Shown: in pieces, positions 61,419 to 64,000 of the stretch
Position numbering within the stretch: position 1 is the first letter of the stretch
Layout of the letters: every line of letters starts with the position of its first letter
From: Ostreococcus lucimarinus
Lineage: Eukaryota
Assembly: GCA_000092065.1 (NCBI GenBank)
Contig: CP000588.1
Reading direction: 5' to 3' (one strand)
Length of the DNA: 64,000 bases
Translations under genes and position numbers: made by a program
The notes under the pieces: model-generated
What the model was told of the DNA's origin: nothing
What the model saw: the letters and a program-made list of their open reading frames with translations, nothing else
The model's database searches: none

Positions 61419-63659
61419 CTACGCCTCGAGCGCGCGCTCGAGGTCTTTGCTCGCGGCGTGGGCGATAACTTCGGGGAATAAGCTCACGATGAAGGCCTCC
61501 AAGGCGACGAAACCGATGTGACGACAGCACGTCGGGCTTTGGAGCAAGGAGTAGACGTCGAGCGCCGCTCTCGCGCTCGCGCGCGTTCCCATGATGGTTT
61601 GCACGGTTTCGTTCGTGAAGACGCCGAGCAAAGCTTGTCGAGCGGTTTCTGCTTCACGTGCCAAGCGAGCTGGGGTGTCTGGGGGATACGGCGACTCGGG
61701 CCAAACGACGCGACGAATCCACGAGAGCGCGCGCGCCATGGAACCGGCGCTGCGAAAGTCACGGAAACGCTTGCTAATCGATCGCTCGATGGAGAAAAAA
61801 AACTCAATTGTCTGACGCACCAAAGAAACGAGTGCGCGTCGCATCATCGGTTTCGAGCGCAACGTGAAGACGCACTCAAAGAGGTCGAGCACGGGTCCGT
61901 TCATGCAACTCTCAACCTCAGCCACGAAGGCGTCTTCGTCCTCGCCATCGCCGTTCGTCTCGGAAGCGCTCTCGCTTCGCGTCGTCTTCGACGTCGGCTC
62001 AATGGATGATGAGTTCACACTCGGTACCGTGGGTGTGGGTTCTTTGTACATGGACGACATCCGAGTGTGTCGCGGAGGCTTTTTTGAGCCAAGCGTCGGC
62101 GCTTCACCTGGCGCTCTATCTTCGTCAACAGTCTCCCCACCGCCCATTAAATCACTCGTTGAGTTCGAAACCATCGTTGCCATGCCCTCCATTGCTTCTG
62201 TCATGGTTTTCATGAGCTCGGGGGCGATGCTCCCACGGTCGGGATCGTAAATTCCTGGCCGCGCGTCTAAAAACGTAAACAGCTCGCTACTCTCCGCGAG
62301 ACTTTTGCTCGCCAGGATCGATTTCATGTACGTATCGAGTGCCTTTCTACGAGTTTCCATGAAAACACCGCTCAGAGATGTCCTTATCCACGATTTACTC
62401 GGGAACTCTAAACCGTTCGTGGCTTCTCTGTCGACGTCGCGAAGGCGTCGATGAAGCGTTTCAAAATTACGAAACCGCCGAGGGACAACCCAAGTTTGAT
62501 CTTCGTTCGTGTTCACAGTCACCAGATACACGGCATATGACGAACTTCCAGAACCCACGATCTCCGCACCCGTGATGCGAGCGGAGAGTTTGAAGTCTGA
62601 GTACAACCCTGTCAACGCTGCGTCGATGCTATCGCTCGCCGTTCGACTGTGAGTCGCCAACGCATTTGTCTCAGAACGTCGTTCAGAGACATTTGCCGAG
62701 TCATCAACAACCGTCGTGCCTTCAGATTCTATCGACAACATATCCTTGACTTCCTCTTCGTCGTAATCGACGTTTGTACCTGTCAAGTACAGAACACCTC
62801 GATTCGCCCATCTCGGCTCGGCGAATCGAAGAAGAGGCCTGAGCAATGAAACGACGATGAGTTCGCGCACGAGTGCGGTCGTGAGACCCGAAGCGAATTC
62901 ACCATCCATCAAAGCATCCGACATCACCAAAGATAGGGCTCGAAGCGCGCGTGTGGTCTCGATTTCGCCACTCACCGCCGGGTGAAGCTCTCCTTGCTTT
63001 CGCAAGACGCACGCCAATACGTCCTCCGCGTCTTCCGCGCAAAGCTTCCGGAATTCGGACTCACCCACCTCCTCGCGAGCACTACGATACGATTCTAAAC
63101 TCTGCGACAGCACGTCTGGAATTTCTCTCAACGCAAAAGACACCAGGTCCATCTCTCGCGCTCGTCGAGCTAGCTCTGCGAACGCACCATCGAGTATTAT
63201 TCGAATCGCATTCGGGACGTCCAAGTCATCCGTCATCGACTCGTACCACAACGAAACCACGTACTCCGTTATAATCTTTTCTCTCACTTCCCCCCACGCC
63301 GCAAAAACCTCCGGATAATCGCTCAAGAGTTCCTCCACCGACGCCTTAATATTCCTCGTCGCCGCCGCCTCGCGCGTCTCGTCGCCGCGCGTCGCCGCGC
63401 CCCAGCGCCTCTCCCTCCTGGATGACCGTCGTTCGCCACCCCTCGCGAGCGCGCTCGCGACCACGACGCACACCGCCGTCACGACGCTCGCCACGGGCGC
63501 GTTTCCCAGCGTCGATCGCGACGTTTTCGCCAGCGCGTGCGCGACCAGCGTCGTCATCGCGAGCGCGACGCCGAGCACCATCCTCAACTCGCGCGTCGTC
63601 TTCACGCCCAATCGCGCGCGCAGGACGCGCGCGACGCCATCGATCGCGTCGCGGGGCAT
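61419..63659 (-). CDS. Sorting nexin of the PXA-RGS-PX-nexinC type (SNX13/Mdm1-like) with N-terminal TM helices
   Basis: PXA (EELLSDYPEVFAAWGEV), PX (WVVPRRFRNFETLHRRL...ALDTYMK) and a C-terminal nexin_C-like region. Start is uncertain (ATG 63659 or 63782). The ORF-track extension to 63992 overlaps the Rab gene. Confidence 0.7.
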   Translation of the reverse strand: MPRDAIDGVARVLRARLGVKTTRELRMVLGVALAMTTLVAHALAKTSRSTLGNAPVASVVTAVCVVVASALARGGERRSSRRERRWGAATRGDETREAAATRNIKASVEELLSDYPEVFAAWGEVREKIITEYVVSLWYESMTDDLDVPNAIRIILDGAFAELARRAREMDLVSFALREIPDVLSQSLESYRSAREEVGESEFRKLCAEDAEDVLACVLRKQGELHPAVSGEIETTRALRALSLVMSDALMDGEFASGLTTALVRELIVVSLLRPLLRFAEPRWANRGVLYLTGTNVDYDEEEVKDMLSIESEGTTVVDDSANVSERRSETNALATHSRTASDSIDAALTGLYSDFKLSARITGAEIVGSGSSSYAVYLVTVNTNEDQTWVVPRRFRNFETLHRRLRDVDREATNGLEFPSKSWIRTSLSGVFMETRRKALDTYMKSILASKSLAESSELFTFLDARPGIYDPDRGSIAPELMKTMTEAMEGMATMVSNSTSDLMGGGETVDEDRAPGEAPTLGSKKPPRHTRMSSMYKEPTPTVPSVNSSSIEPTSKTTRSESASETNGDGEDEDAFVAEVESCMNGPVLDLFECVFTLRSKPMMRRALVSLVRQTIEFFFSIERSISKRFRDFRSAGSMARALSWIRRVVWPESPYPPDTPARLAREAETARQALLGVFTNETVQTIMGTRASARAALDVYSLLQSPTCCRHIGFVALEAFIVSLFPEVIAHAASKDLERALEA

Positions 63660-63780
63660 CGCGTCGTCGCGCGTCGCGCGTCGCGCGTCACCGCGTCGCG
63701 CGGTGACGACGCTCGTCGGCACAATCCGTCGCGTCGCGTCGTCCGCGTCGCGAGCGCGAACGAACACGACGGAGCGGAAC

Positions 63781-64000
63781 ATGGCGAGCGACGGCCGTGG
63801 GGCGGCGATCACGCAAGCGAAACTGGTGCGCGAGCGACGCGCGGGCGCGCTGACGCGACGACGCGCGCGCGTCGTCGGCGCGACGCGTTTTTCTCGACGT
63901 GAGATTCCGCCAACGACCTCGACTGACGACTGCTTGCGGCTCGCGACGACGCGCACAGGTGCTCCTGGGGGACATGGGGGCTGGGAAGTCATCGCTAGTG
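63781..64000 (+). CDS. RAB5: Rab5-family small GTPase (RABF/Rha1-like), 3'-truncated at the window edge. Two exons: join(63781..63825, 63959..>64000).
   Basis: Spliced product MASDGRGAAITQAKL|VLLGDMGAGKSSLV matches the Rab5/Rha1 N-terminus KLVLLGDxGAGKSSLV (G1 box). The intron 63826-63958 has donor GTGCGCG and branch GACTGACG 30 nt before CAG. Confidence 0.65.
   Translation, partial: MASDGRGAAITQAKLVRERRAGALTRRRARVVGATRFSRREIPPTTSTDDCLRLATTRTGAPGGHGGWEVIAS

Noticed and set aside
1-64000. Prokaryotic-style systems, including defence islands, CRISPR arrays, operons and IS elements. Also Micromonas-type introner elements.
   Set aside because: Gene content, spliceosomal introns, targeting peptides and poly(A)-like signals show this is eukaryotic nuclear DNA. 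The introns share only donor, branch and acceptor motifs and have no extended mutual similarity, so they are not a repetitive introner family. No TIRs, LTRs or transposase-like ORFs were seen.

Overview
This window is a compact, gene-dense nuclear genome segment from a GC-rich unicellular photosynthetic eukaryote, not a prokaryote. Evidence for the green lineage: plant-type B-box and WRKY zinc fingers, Tic20, TGD3, a plastid-targeted CarB, phosphoglycolate phosphatase, TGTAA poly(A)-like signals after several stop codons, and short spliceosomal introns. A prasinophyte-like picoalga is my inference. I find about 45 protein-coding genes, roughly one per 1.4 kb. I find no rRNA, tRNA, CRISPR array, transposon, or prokaryotic operon or defence system. 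Most introns are single and sit at the extreme 5' end. They share one strict grammar: donor GTGCG or GTACGT, branch GACTGAC(G/C), then 24-38 nt to a YAG acceptor, with lengths of about 115-260 bp. Several genes begin with ATG-bearing micro-exons of 9-54 nt (profilin, CWC25, REI1, a hidden small membrane protein, and a Rab5-like gene at the window edge). Intron grammar alone would miss these first exons only if it is not applied. The supplied ORF track uses alternative start codons, so a leading M there is not a reliable ATG. The track also produces many spurious long ORFs in the roughly 75% GC, CpG-dense 5' spacers. Other points of interest are a WRKY plus GATA dual zinc-finger transcription factor, an 81-bp minisatellite built from TCGATCGA palindromes in a divergent promoter, several microsatellites and tandem repeats, a bacterial-type cytosine deaminase with a eukaryotic N-terminal extension, an mTERF/HA-repeat protein, and a 1.1-kb AT-rich ORF-free gap inside a lower-GC block. 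All gene calls rest on motif-level recognition by eye. No database search was run.
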